This document shows positions 44,925 to 53,884 of a stretch of DNA of 64,000 nucleotides, piece after piece. Numbering within the stretch: position 1 is the stretch's first letter; the number at the start of each line of letters is the position of its first letter. The stretch comes from Chloroflexia bacterium (GTDB taxonomy: Bacteria > Chloroflexota > Chloroflexia > DTKN01): assembly GCA_036172265.1 (NCBI GenBank), contig JASFBA010000017.1:8431-72430 (forward strand), given 5' to 3'. Made by a program: the position numbers and the translations under genes. The notes under the pieces are model-generated. The model was not told where the DNA came from. It made no database searches and worked only from the letters and a program-made list of their open reading frames with translations.

Positions 44925-45890
44925 CTACTTCGACCGCCCGACCTGACGTGCCGCCACCAGCAGGTTGTGGATGAGCATTACATTGGTCATCGGACCGGTC
45001 CCGCCCGGCACCGGAGTAATCATCCCGGCCACCTCCAGTGCTCCCTCATAGTCTACATCGCCGACCATGCGGGCCTCCACTCCTTGCAAGGAGGCACCAC
45101 AGCCGGCGCAGACCTCTGCCGTGTCGCGGTTGTCGGCCCCGCACGCCGGGCAGGTCTTGATAAAGTTCACCCCAAAGTCCACCACAATTGCCCCCGGTTT
45201 GATCCAGTCCCGGCGTACCATCCTAGCCCGGCCCACGGCCACAGCCAGGATGTCGCCCAGCCGACAGACGGAGGGCAGGTCGGACGTGCGCGAGTGGCAG
45301 ACGGTCACGGTGGCGTTCTCCCGCAGGAGCAGGAGCGCCATCGGCTTGCCGACGATGTTGGAACGCCCTACCACGACGGCGTGCTTCCCGGCGAACTCCA
45401 CTCCATAGCGACGCAGGAGTTCCATCCCGCCGGCCGGCGTGGCCGGGACAAAAAAGGCCGGCTCCGAAGCACCCCGCCCCACCGGTTCAGCCTGGGCCAG
45501 CCGGCCGGCGTTCTCCGGATGCACGCCGTCCACATCCTTGCGCGGATCCAAGGCGGACAGGATGGCCGCGGGGTCGATCCCCCGGGGGTACGGCTCCTGC
45601 ACCATGATGCCATGTACCTCCGGGTCCACGCTCAGCCGGGCCACAAGTCCGGCCATCTCCTCTTGCGAGACCTCGGCCGGCAGGGTGTGCACGACCACCC
45701 GGAGGCCGCGCTTCTCCATCGTGCTCACAATGGTGCGGGCATAACTGACCGATGCCGGGTCTTCTCCGGCCCGCACCACCGCCAGGGTGGGGACAAAGCC
45801 CCGTTCGGCCACCAAGGCCCGGACCTGCTCATCCAGTTCTCCTTGCATCGCCTTGGCCGTAGCCCGGCCGTCCAAGATAACCGCGGTCAT
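44925..45890 (-). CDS. folD: bifunctional methylene-THF dehydrogenase / methenyl-THF cyclohydrolase FolD with an internal CxxC..CxxC insertion
   Basis: MTAVILDGRATAKAM..VHGIMVQEP..DVDGVHPEN..VVVGRSNIVGKPMA..ITPVPGGTGPMT. ATG 45890 lies behind AAGGAGGA. Confidence 0.88.
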   Translation of the reverse strand: MTAVILDGRATAKAMQGELDEQVRALVAERGFVPTLAVVRAGEDPASVSYARTIVSTMEKRGLRVVVHTLPAEVSQEEMAGLVARLSVDPEVHGIMVQEPYPRGIDPAAILSALDPRKDVDGVHPENAGRLAQAEPVGRGASEPAFFVPATPAGGMELLRRYGVEFAGKHAVVVGRSNIVGKPMALLLLRENATVTVCHSRTSDLPSVCRLGDILAVAVGRARMVRRDWIKPGAIVVDFGVNFIKTCPACGADNRDTAEVCAGCGASLQGVEARMVGDVDYEGALEVAGMITPVPGGTGPMTNVMLIHNLLVAARQVGRSK

Positions 45891-45947
45891 CTTTTCCTCC
45901 TTTGGAACCGTAGGTCGGATCGGCAACCCGACCTGCGGTTCCATACG

Positions 45948-46700
45948 TTACTCATGCACTTCTCCCCGAATCGTTGCTACCAATTCCACGACTTGCCCCT
46001 GGGCCACGTCGTACACGCACTCCACGGCCACCCATCGCTCCACCAGCGGGCGCACCGGGGGCAAGGCCGGCCCCTTTCCCTCCAGAAGGAGGAGCGGCCG
46101 GCCATCGTCGCCGCCCAGGAAATGGATCTCCAGGCGGCGCAGTCCCTCCGCATCCGGCCGGAAGCCGGCCGTGCCTGTAACATACGAAGGAAGGGCCAGC
46201 GCCGCCCAGTCGAGCGCTTCCAGGTCGGAAAGATGGGCCGCCACCGCCGCCTGACAGGCCTCCCGAACTGCCCGTCCGTCCAGCAGAAGGATGGACCATC
46301 GCTCCACCTGGAGGTCCCACAGCCCCGGCGAAGACCAGCGGCCGGCCGAAAGCCGCCCGCCGACTTCGACGTAGAGCGGGGCATCCCAGGAGACCGTCCC
46401 CATCTCCACACTTCGGCCCAGGAGAAAGATTCGGGCCCAGCAGGAAGAAGCGTCGGAAAAGAAATGCACCACATCCAGGTAGGGGCGGATTCCGAACTCG
46501 TCCCCTTGGCCGGAGGTGCGATACAGTCCGCGCAGGGTAACCTCCGCCCCTTCTTCCCACAACGGACCGCAGGGGGCCCGGCCGGCCCCCTCGGGGCGAG
46601 TATGCAGGGGCAGGTCTCCCAGAGGACTTGCCGGCTCCGATGTACAGGCCCAGAGGGAAAATAGCCCAAGGACCAGGAGACCAATAAAACGATACCACAC
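45948..46700 (-). CDS. hypothetical lipoprotein
   Basis: Signal peptide with lipobox LWAC. No family recognised. GTG start behind AGGAG. Confidence 0.6.
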   Translation of the reverse strand: MWYRFIGLLVLGLFSLWACTSEPASPLGDLPLHTRPEGAGRAPCGPLWEEGAEVTLRGLYRTSGQGDEFGIRPYLDVVHFFSDASSCWARIFLLGRSVEMGTVSWDAPLYVEVGGRLSAGRWSSPGLWDLQVERWSILLLDGRAVREACQAAVAAHLSDLEALDWAALALPSYVTGTAGFRPDAEGLRRLEIHFLGGDDGRPLLLLEGKGPALPPVRPLVERWVAVECVYDVAQGQVVELVATIRGEVHE

Positions 46701-46769
46701 CGGGTCCGCTCCTTGCAGGTTTCAAGGTGACCTAGGCGTTATTATACCACAAAATCCTCCCCCTGGCAC

Positions 46770-46797
46770 TTGACAGCCATGAGCAAAGTGTTATCAT
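46770..46797 (+). promoter_or_regulatory. candidate promoter of vapBC
   Basis: TTGACA-N16-TATCAT, with CATGAG direct repeats in the spacer and downstream. Confidence 0.5.
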
Positions 46798-46831
46798 GAG
46801 GTAAAAAATTTAAGCATGATGGAGGTCGGAG

Positions 46832-47080
46832 ATGGTCCGGACTCAGATGCAGTTGCGAGAGGATCAAGTGCGAGCGCTGAAGGAACTGGCCTCCGTCCGG
46901 GGCATATCCGTCGCCGAACTGGTCCGGCTGAGCGTGGACGCCCTGATTCGCTCCTGGAAAAGCCGGGACGAAGAAGAAATGCGACAACGGGCCATCGCGG
47001 CGGCCGGCCGTTTCCGTTCGGGCCGTTCCCGTGTCTCGACCCGGCACGACCGATACCTGGCGGAGGCCTTTCGACGATGA
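46832..47080 (+). CDS. vapB: ribbon-helix-helix (CopG/VapB-type) antitoxin
   Basis: MVRTQMQLREDQVRALKELASVRGISVAELVR.. The stop overlaps the vapC ATG (ATGA). Confidence 0.75.
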   Translation: MVRTQMQLREDQVRALKELASVRGISVAELVRLSVDALIRSWKSRDEEEMRQRAIAAAGRFRSGRSRVSTRHDRYLAEAFRR

Positions 47081-47478
47081 GCGTACTGGTGGATACCTCG
47101 GCTTTCTACGCTATCCTGGACGCAGACGATCAAAACCACGAGAGGGCCAAAGCCCTCTGGGTAGAACTGGTTACCCAGCGGGTCCCGTTGCTCTGCAACA
47201 ACTACATCCTGGTGGAAACTTTCGCCCTGGTCCAACACCGGCTGGGGATCGAGGCCGTTCGCGCCCTGCAGGAGGACGTCCTGCCTGTCGTCTCCGTCCA
47301 CTGGGTGGACGAGGGCAGCCATCGGGCGGGAGTGGCCGGCCTACTTACCGCAGCCCGCCGCCAACTCAGCCTGGTGGACTGTGTCACCTTTGCCATGATG
47401 CGGGATTTGGGGATCCAGACCGCCTTCACCTTCGACCCCCGCTTCAGCGCCCAGGGCTTCCGCTGCCTCCCCTCGTGA
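47077..47478 (+). CDS. vapC: PIN-domain ribonuclease toxin VapC
   Basis: MSVLVDTSAFYAILDADD..ILVETFAL..LSLVDCVTFAMMRDLG..AFTFDPRF (acidic PIN residues D..E..D..D). Confidence 0.8.
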   Translation: MSVLVDTSAFYAILDADDQNHERAKALWVELVTQRVPLLCNNYILVETFALVQHRLGIEAVRALQEDVLPVVSVHWVDEGSHRAGVAGLLTAARRQLSLVDCVTFAMMRDLGIQTAFTFDPRFSAQGFRCLPS

Positions 47479-47556
47479 GACCGAACAGGGGCAGTTGCCC
47501 TTTGCCCTCCCTTCAGGTATAATGCTCACAGAATACCTAACCGTCGAGGAGAAACT

Positions 47557-49614
47557 TTGCGCAGAAAAGTATGGGGACTGTGGCTTGTCTTCGGCCTGGT
47601 CTGTCTCCTGGCCTTGGTCGGCCTGGTGGCGCTGCTCTGGCTTCTCCTGGGTCCTTACGGACCGCCGGCCCCCTGGGAAGAGCGGCCATCGGCCGCCTCC
47701 TCTACACCCACCCCAACCCCAAGACCCACTCCCCCGCCTAGCCCCCGGCCTACGCCTTCCCCGACCCCGGAGATAACCCCCACGCCCCAGGCCCGACGAG
47801 GCGAGGAAACCGCCCGCCGCATCGCCGAAACGACCCTCCCGCCCCGCGACTTGGTGGACCTGGCCGGCCGCCTCCTCTACGGCGGAAAAAACCTCTCCCG
47901 CATCGCCGCCCAGACGGCTCCACCCCTCGCTGTCGGCCATAAGGAACGCTTCTGGGTGAGCAACTCGGAACAGATACGCCAGATCACCGCCACCCTCCGC
48001 CTGGTTACCACCCACCTCTATATGTACGTGGAGGACGGCGTCTCCGTGGACCAGGGAACCCTGGAACGGGCCGCCCAGACCTTCGAGGACAAGATTTACC
48101 CCACCTGCCGGCAGACCTTCGGCCAGGAGTGGAGTCCAGGCGTGGACGGTGACCCCCACCTGATCGTTCTTCACACTCACCTCACGGAGGCCTCGGGCTA
48201 CTTCTCCAGCATGAACGAGGTGCCCCAGGAGGTCAATCCCCACAGCAACCAGCACGAGATGTTCTATATGGACCTGGATTCATTCATCATCGGCAGCCGG
48301 CCTTACCTGAGCACTTTGGCCCACGAGTTCCAGCATATGATCCACTGGCATCTGGATCCCCGCAACGACACCTGGGTTGACGAAGGGCTTGCCCAAATGG
48401 CCGAGGAAGCCTGCGGGTACGATGCCAGCGACCTGGTTTGGTCCTTCCTGGATAACCCCGACCTGCAACTGACCACCTGGAGCGATGACCCCCTGGCCTC
48501 ACTGCCTCACTATGCCGCCAGTTACCTCTTCTTCCGCTACTTTGTTCACCGTGCTGGAGGGATGGATGCGCTGAGCACCCTGCTGGACCCCGAAGCAGAT
48601 GATTTCACCGCCATCGAACGAGCGCTGGAGAGGGCCGGATACCGACCTATCCTCCCGGCCCCACGTTCCTTCGATGCCTTTTTTGCCGATTGGTCCCTGG
48701 CGAACTACCTGAACGACCCGGCTGTAGGGGACGGCCGCTATGCCTATGATCCGGACCTTGGCCTTATCCCCCCTTGGCCGGCCGAACGGGCTTACCGCCT
48801 GCCCCAAACCATCACGGCCACCGTCTACCCCTACGCCACCGACTACATCGAGGTCGAGGCCCTCCAGTCCGGCCGGCTGCGCATCGCCTTCGACGGGAGC
48901 GAGGCCCTCCCTTTGCTCCCCGTTCCCCCCCACAGCGGCACCCACTTCTGGTGGAGCAACCGGGGCGATCGGGCCGATAGCACCCTGACCCGGGCTTTGG
49001 ACCTGCGCGGGACAGAACGGGCTACACTTCGTTTCTGGACGGCCTACGAGATCGAGACCGATTATGATTATGTCTATATCGAAGTTTCCATCAACGGTGG
49101 ACGCTCCTGGCAAATTCTCCCCGGCCGTTACACCACCACGAGCAATCCTCACGGCAATAACTTTGGTCATGGCTACACCGGCGTAAGCGGCGGAGGGGGG
49201 CGGGCGACATGGATACAGGAGGAGATCGACCTTTCGCCCTTCGCCGGCCAGGCCATCCTTCTGCGCTTTGAACTGGTCACCGACGACGCCTATAACGCCC
49301 CCGGCCTGGCCCTGGACGACCTTGAAATTCCCGAAATCGGCCTCTTCGACGACATGGAAGACCCGACCGGCTGGGAAACAAACGGCTTCGTCTGGGTGGA
49401 TAACACGGTTCCCGTCCACTTCCTGGTGCAGGTGGTCGCCGAAAGCGACTCCGAAACGGCCCTCTACTTTCCCCCCCTGGATGATGAAGAGCGCGGCGAA
49501 CTCTTCATCCCCGACTACGGCGAGAAGATCCACCGGGTAATGGTGGTGGTCTCGGCCGTCGCTCCGGCCACCACGGAACCGGCTGCCTACACCCTGACCC
49601 TGAGCCTGGAGTAG
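47557..49614 (+). CDS. membrane-anchored secreted zinc metallopeptidase (HExxH)
   Basis: N-terminal TM, a PT-rich linker, HEFQHMIHW..DEGLAQ, and a C-terminal beta-rich domain. TTG start is uncertain. Confidence 0.65.
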   Translation: MRRKVWGLWLVFGLVCLLALVGLVALLWLLLGPYGPPAPWEERPSAASSTPTPTPRPTPPPSPRPTPSPTPEITPTPQARRGEETARRIAETTLPPRDLVDLAGRLLYGGKNLSRIAAQTAPPLAVGHKERFWVSNSEQIRQITATLRLVTTHLYMYVEDGVSVDQGTLERAAQTFEDKIYPTCRQTFGQEWSPGVDGDPHLIVLHTHLTEASGYFSSMNEVPQEVNPHSNQHEMFYMDLDSFIIGSRPYLSTLAHEFQHMIHWHLDPRNDTWVDEGLAQMAEEACGYDASDLVWSFLDNPDLQLTTWSDDPLASLPHYAASYLFFRYFVHRAGGMDALSTLLDPEADDFTAIERALERAGYRPILPAPRSFDAFFADWSLANYLNDPAVGDGRYAYDPDLGLIPPWPAERAYRLPQTITATVYPYATDYIEVEALQSGRLRIAFDGSEALPLLPVPPHSGTHFWWSNRGDRADSTLTRALDLRGTERATLRFWTAYEIETDYDYVYIEVSINGGRSWQILPGRYTTTSNPHGNNFGHGYTGVSGGGGRATWIQEEIDLSPFAGQAILLRFELVTDDAYNAPGLALDDLEIPEIGLFDDMEDPTGWETNGFVWVDNTVPVHFLVQVVAESDSETALYFPPLDDEERGELFIPDYGEKIHRVMVVVSAVAPATTEPAAYTLTLSLE

Positions 49615-50610
49615 ATGGTGACCTGGCGAACCTGGATGGTCGTCCTTGTCCTGACCCTGCCCCTTCTGGGGGCTGCCCTTGCCCTCCTCTGGGAGCGCCT
49701 CCGCTTCGCCCGACTGGGCTTCTGGCTGGCAGCGTTCTCCTTCTTCCTGACTGCGGTAGGGTTGCTTGCGCTGGTGGAATGGCCAGCGACCGAAGGAGAA
49801 CCGGGGCTTTTCCTGAGGGCTTCCGCTCCCACGCCGGTCGCCTTACAGGTGGCTCCAACCTCTCGATGGGTACAGCCGCCGCGCACGCTCCGCCTTCCCA
49901 CGCCAACGCTTCCTTCGCCCACCTCCACACCCGTCTTCACCGCAACCGCCACTCCTACACCCCACCCCCTTTCCCTGGCCACCATCGTCATCCGCAACGG
50001 GACCGGGCAGAGCGGGCTGGCCACCCGCACCTCCGAACGGTTGCGGGCGCAGGGCTTTCGCGTCCTCGCCCCCGAAGACGACCCCCAGCAGGGCAACCGT
50101 CCCTACACCCTCATTTTGGACCGCGGCGACCACGCCCCGGTGCGCCAGGCCCTAGCCGCCTTCCTCCATATCCCACCCGAACGCATCACCATCAACGCCG
50201 CCGAGGAAGGGGAAGCCGACATCATCCTCATCCTGGGCGACGACTTCGAGGCCCTCTCCAGCGTCACACCGACGCCCACCCCGGCCTTGGTCGAAGTCCC
50301 TACCCCCACCCCGAACCCCTACGCCGGGGTCACGATCGTCATCCGCAACGGGACGGTGGGCCGGACCGGCCTGGCCACCCGCACGGCCGACCGCCTGCGT
50401 GCCCTGGGCTTTGTCATCGTAGGCGTGGAAGACGACGACCGGGCCGGCAGCCGCCCCTACACCCTCATCCTGGATCGCGGCGACCACACCCGGGTGCGTC
50501 AGGCCTTGGCGGAATTCCTAAAAGTAAAAGAGGAGAATATAGAAATCAATTCCAAGGTCCGTTCTACGGCCGACATCGTGGTAATTTTAGGCGATGACTT
50601 CCGAGAATAG
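49615..50610 (+). CDS. membrane protein with two tandem LytR_C (LytR/CpsA/Psr C-terminal) domains
   Basis: Two 117-aa repeats: ..IVIRNGTG.SGLATRT..RLRA.GF.V....DD......PYTLILDRGDH..VRQALA.FL..ILGDDF. Confidence 0.7.
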   Translation: MVTWRTWMVVLVLTLPLLGAALALLWERLRFARLGFWLAAFSFFLTAVGLLALVEWPATEGEPGLFLRASAPTPVALQVAPTSRWVQPPRTLRLPTPTLPSPTSTPVFTATATPTPHPLSLATIVIRNGTGQSGLATRTSERLRAQGFRVLAPEDDPQQGNRPYTLILDRGDHAPVRQALAAFLHIPPERITINAAEEGEADIILILGDDFEALSSVTPTPTPALVEVPTPTPNPYAGVTIVIRNGTVGRTGLATRTADRLRALGFVIVGVEDDDRAGSRPYTLILDRGDHTRVRQALAEFLKVKEENIEINSKVRSTADIVVILGDDFRE

Positions 50611-51676
50611 CGAAAGCGGTCTGGATACCTCCCTGGGACGCTGGTTACTTATCGGGCTGGTGGTGCTGCTGGCCGTGGCCCTGTACCTTTTGACCTCCGC
50701 CCTTCTCCCCCTCTGGGAAAAGGGAACGACGGCGACCGTGCCCCCGGCCACCTCCTTACCCACCCCAACGGCGCCCCCTCCCCCTACGTCCACCCCTACT
50801 CCATCGCCAACGGCAACGCCCTCCCCAACGCCCATCCCTCCCCCCACACCGCTTCCTGCTCAGGTGGGCTTTGCCGTACACGTCGTCTCCGCCGGGGAGA
50901 CGCTGGAAGAGATCGCCCGAGGCTATGGCAGCCTCGCTCCGGCCATCGCCACACTGAACCGCTTTCCCGAAGATGCCCCCCTGGGGGATGGGCAAGTCCT
51001 GGTCATCCCGCTCTTTGCCCTACCCGGCTTCACCCAAACGGTGCAGGTCCGGGGTGTGGAAGTAGACCGGGGGCTTCCCGGCCGGCGGGTAGCGCTCACC
51101 TTCGACGCCGGCGCCGGCGCTGCCCCGGCTCCGCTCATTCTGGATACCCTGAAAGCGTATGGAGTTCGTGTTACCTTTTTCCTGACCGGGAAATGGGCCG
51201 AGGAAAACCCCGACCTGGTCCGCCGTATGGCTGCCGAGGGGCACGAGTTTGGCAACCACACCTATAGCCATCCCCATTTGCTTTCCCTGGGTAAGGAGGC
51301 AGTCCGGGAGGAGATTCGGAAAACCGAACGCATCGTCCGCGAACTGGCCGGCCAGAGCACTCAGCCCTACCTGCGCCCCCCCTACGGCGAACGCAACCAG
51401 GCTCTGCTCGACCTACTGGCCGAGGAAGGATATGTAAGCATCTACTGGACGGTGGACAGCCTCGACAGCGTGGGCGAACCCAAATCGGCCGAATTCCTCC
51501 TGAACCGGGTTACTCACCCCACCGACGCCCGAGGCAATCCCATTGACCTGGGCGGGGCCATCATCCTTATGCACGTGGGCAATGCGACCACGGCCGAGGC
51601 ACTGCCGGCCATCTTAGAGTGGTTTCAAAAGGAAGGATACCAGGTGCTCAGGGTCTCGGAGATTCTGCGACCCTAA
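50594..51676 (+). CDS. LysM-domain polysaccharide deacetylase (CE4/NodB)
   Basis: TM, a PT-rich linker, LysM (HVVSAGETLEEIARGYG..), and NodB motifs TFDAG, HEFGNHTYSHP, LRPPYG. Confidence 0.8.
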   Translation: MTSENSESGLDTSLGRWLLIGLVVLLAVALYLLTSALLPLWEKGTTATVPPATSLPTPTAPPPPTSTPTPSPTATPSPTPIPPPTPLPAQVGFAVHVVSAGETLEEIARGYGSLAPAIATLNRFPEDAPLGDGQVLVIPLFALPGFTQTVQVRGVEVDRGLPGRRVALTFDAGAGAAPAPLILDTLKAYGVRVTFFLTGKWAEENPDLVRRMAAEGHEFGNHTYSHPHLLSLGKEAVREEIRKTERIVRELAGQSTQPYLRPPYGERNQALLDLLAEEGYVSIYWTVDSLDSVGEPKSAEFLLNRVTHPTDARGNPIDLGGAIILMHVGNATTAEALPAILEWFQKEGYQVLRVSEILRP

Positions 51677-51737
51677 TAGCCCGTTGAACGTTGAACGTGA
51701 GTGGTTCGGGAATCGTTATCGTTTGTCGATTGCGGCG

Positions 51738-52484
51738 ATGCGGTTGCGGATAGCCCATTTGTATCCTCTGCAAATGAACATCTACGGCGACCGGGGGAAT
51801 ATCCTCACCCTGGTGCAACGGGTTCGCTGGCGAGGGCTGGAGGTGGAGGTGGAGGGGATGGATGTGGGCCAGGCCGTGGATCTGCGCTCTTTCGACCTGG
51901 TCTTTATGGGCGGCGGCCAGGACTCTAACCAGGCCCTTATCGCCGATGACTTTCTCCATCTCAAGGGTCCGGCCCTACGAGAAGCAGTCGAGGACGGACT
52001 GGTGGTCCTGGCCATCTGCGGGGGCTATCAACTGATGGGCCGTTACTTCCGCACCCACACCGGCGTGGAGATGCCCGGCATCGGCCTCTTCGATGCCTGG
52101 ACTGTGGCCGGAAAGAAGCGCCTGATCGGCAACGTGGTGGTGGAGTGGACGGATGCGCCGCCGGAGGCGCCGGCCCGTACCCTGGTCGGCTTCGAGAACC
52201 ACAGCGGCCGCACCTACCTGGGGCCCGGTTGCCGGCCGCTGGGACGGGTACGGGTGGGCCATGGCAACAACGGCGAAGATCGAACGGAAGGGGCCGTCTA
52301 CAAAAATGCCCTGGGGTGTTACCTCCACGGTTCCCTTCTGCCGAAGAACCCCCACCTGGCCGATCATCTCATCCGGACGGCCCTGCGTCGCCGTTACGGG
52401 CCGGAAGTCGAACTCCCTTCGCTGGACGACCGCCTGGAATGGGCCGCCCACGAGGCGATGGTGTGGCGGCTGCTGCGGGGGTAG
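51738..52484 (+). CDS. gatD: GatD-type glutamine amidotransferase (lipid II isoglutaminyl synthase subunit family; CobQ/GATase-3 type)
   Basis: MRLRIAHLYPLQMNIYGDRGNILTL..ICGGYQLMG..GFENHSGRTYLG..CYLHGSLLPKNP. Confidence 0.75.
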   Translation: MRLRIAHLYPLQMNIYGDRGNILTLVQRVRWRGLEVEVEGMDVGQAVDLRSFDLVFMGGGQDSNQALIADDFLHLKGPALREAVEDGLVVLAICGGYQLMGRYFRTHTGVEMPGIGLFDAWTVAGKKRLIGNVVVEWTDAPPEAPARTLVGFENHSGRTYLGPGCRPLGRVRVGHGNNGEDRTEGAVYKNALGCYLHGSLLPKNPHLADHLIRTALRRRYGPEVELPSLDDRLEWAAHEAMVWRLLRG

Positions 52485-52571
52485 GCGCGTTTGGAGTTTG
52501 GGCCGACTCGGCCGGAACCTCGCCCCCCGCTTCGATAGGCCCGAATTGATCTCGCCCGGCCGGCAAAACGG

Positions 52572-53726
52572 CTACAGCGCCTCCTCCAGGATTTCCTCCA
52601 TCTCCTCCTCGGTCAGGGAAATCGGGTTGCCCCGCATGCTGCTGGCTACGGCCGCCCTCCGGACAAGTTCGGCCAGGTCGCCGGCCGCGATTCCATAGGC
52701 CGAAAGGGGAGGGATGCCCAGTTCCGCCACGACTTCGCGGACCCAGGCGACCCCATCCTCGGCCGAGGCTTGGGGGTTTCCGGTGAGGAGGACGGCTACC
52801 TCTCGGTAGCGGGGGAGAACCGGGCTTTCAGGGGCACGGAGGCGCAAGGCGTGAAAGTTGACCCCCATCACCAGGGGCAGCAGCCGGGCGCAGACGGCTC
52901 CGTGCGGCGCATTTGCCATCCCGCCGATCGCTGCGGCAAAGCCGTGGACGGCTCCCAGGCCGGCGTTCGCCAGCGCCATCCCGCTGAGAAGCGCGGCCAG
53001 GGACATATCCTCGCGGGCTTGGGCATCTTCCCCGGAGGCCCAGGCCCGGCGAAGCGAACGGCCGGCCCGCGCAATCCCTTCCCGGCAGAGGGCGTCGGTG
53101 AGCGGGTTGGCCCGCAGGGAAACGAACGGCTCGATGAGTTGGGTGAGCGCATCCAGACCGGTGGCAGCGGTCACGGCCGGCGGCATCGTATAGGTCAACT
53201 CTGGATCCACCACAGCCAGGCGGGGCAGGAGAAAGTCGCCGCGGAGGCTGACCTTGACCCTATGCTCCGGAGAAAGGAGGACGGCGTTGCGGGTGACCTC
53301 GCTTCCGGTGCCGGCCGTGGTGGGGATGGCGATGCACGGCACCCCTGGGCGCTCCAGCGCCCGCCCCCGGCCGATCACCTCCAGGTAGTCCAGAATGTCT
53401 CCCTCGTTCGCGAGGAGTACGGCAACAGCCTTGGCCGTATCCAGCGCGCTCCCGCCGCCGAAGCCGATGACCAGGTCGCACTCGCCTCCCCGCGTCCAAG
53501 CCAATCCCCGGCGGACGGTCTCCAGGGTAGGCTCCCCGACAACGGAGAAAGTGGCCGCCTCGACCCCGTGTTGGGCCAGCAGGCCGAGCAACGGCGCGGC
53601 GCGGGCAGCATTTCGGCCGGTCACCACGAGTGCCCGTCGGCCCATTGTGGATGCAGCCGGCCCAACTTCCGCAAGCGCCCCCGCCCCAAAGACGATACGC
53701 GTAGCCGTGGCAAATTCAAAGCGCAT
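52572..53726 (-). CDS. iron-containing (group III) alcohol dehydrogenase
   Basis: MRFEFATATRIVFGAG..GFGGGSALDTAK..PTTAGTGSEVT..HG..H. ATG 53726 lies behind AGGAGG. The track start 53951 reads through a repeat region. Confidence 0.8.
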   Translation of the reverse strand: MRFEFATATRIVFGAGALAEVGPAASTMGRRALVVTGRNAARAAPLLGLLAQHGVEAATFSVVGEPTLETVRRGLAWTRGGECDLVIGFGGGSALDTAKAVAVLLANEGDILDYLEVIGRGRALERPGVPCIAIPTTAGTGSEVTRNAVLLSPEHRVKVSLRGDFLLPRLAVVDPELTYTMPPAVTAATGLDALTQLIEPFVSLRANPLTDALCREGIARAGRSLRRAWASGEDAQAREDMSLAALLSGMALANAGLGAVHGFAAAIGGMANAPHGAVCARLLPLVMGVNFHALRLRAPESPVLPRYREVAVLLTGNPQASAEDGVAWVREVVAELGIPPLSAYGIAAGDLAELVRRAAVASSMRGNPISLTEEEMEEILEEAL

Positions 53727-53772
53727 AGCCCTGATCCTCCTATTACGCTGACATCTCCACGATGGACCTCTT

Positions 53773-53865
53773 CCCGTCCCTTTGCCTCCCCGTCTCTCTG
53801 TCCCCTTGTCTCCTACCGGCTCGGCCGGAGACTCGCCCTCCCGTCCCCTCGTCTCCCTGTCCCCC
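53773..53865. repeat. C-rich direct repeats (GGGGACAG[A/G]GAG core on the minus strand) in the dxs / adh spacer
   Basis: cccgtccctttgcctccccgtctctctgtcccc and cccgtcccctcgtctccctgtccccc. The core is shared with 31075-31086. Confidence 0.4.
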
Positions 53866-53884
53866 GAACCCCGAGTCCCGGGCC

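Noticed and set aside
44967-46664. 565-aa plus-strand ORF opposite folD and the lipoprotein gene. Similar antisense ORFs occur at 13619..14848, 32894..34192, 21482..22528, 62464..63552, 54026..55189, 61188..62270 and 48499..49533.
   Set aside because: All are antisense to genes with clear homology. They are R/G/P/H-rich and lack SD sites, so I treat them as GC-driven open frames rather than genes.
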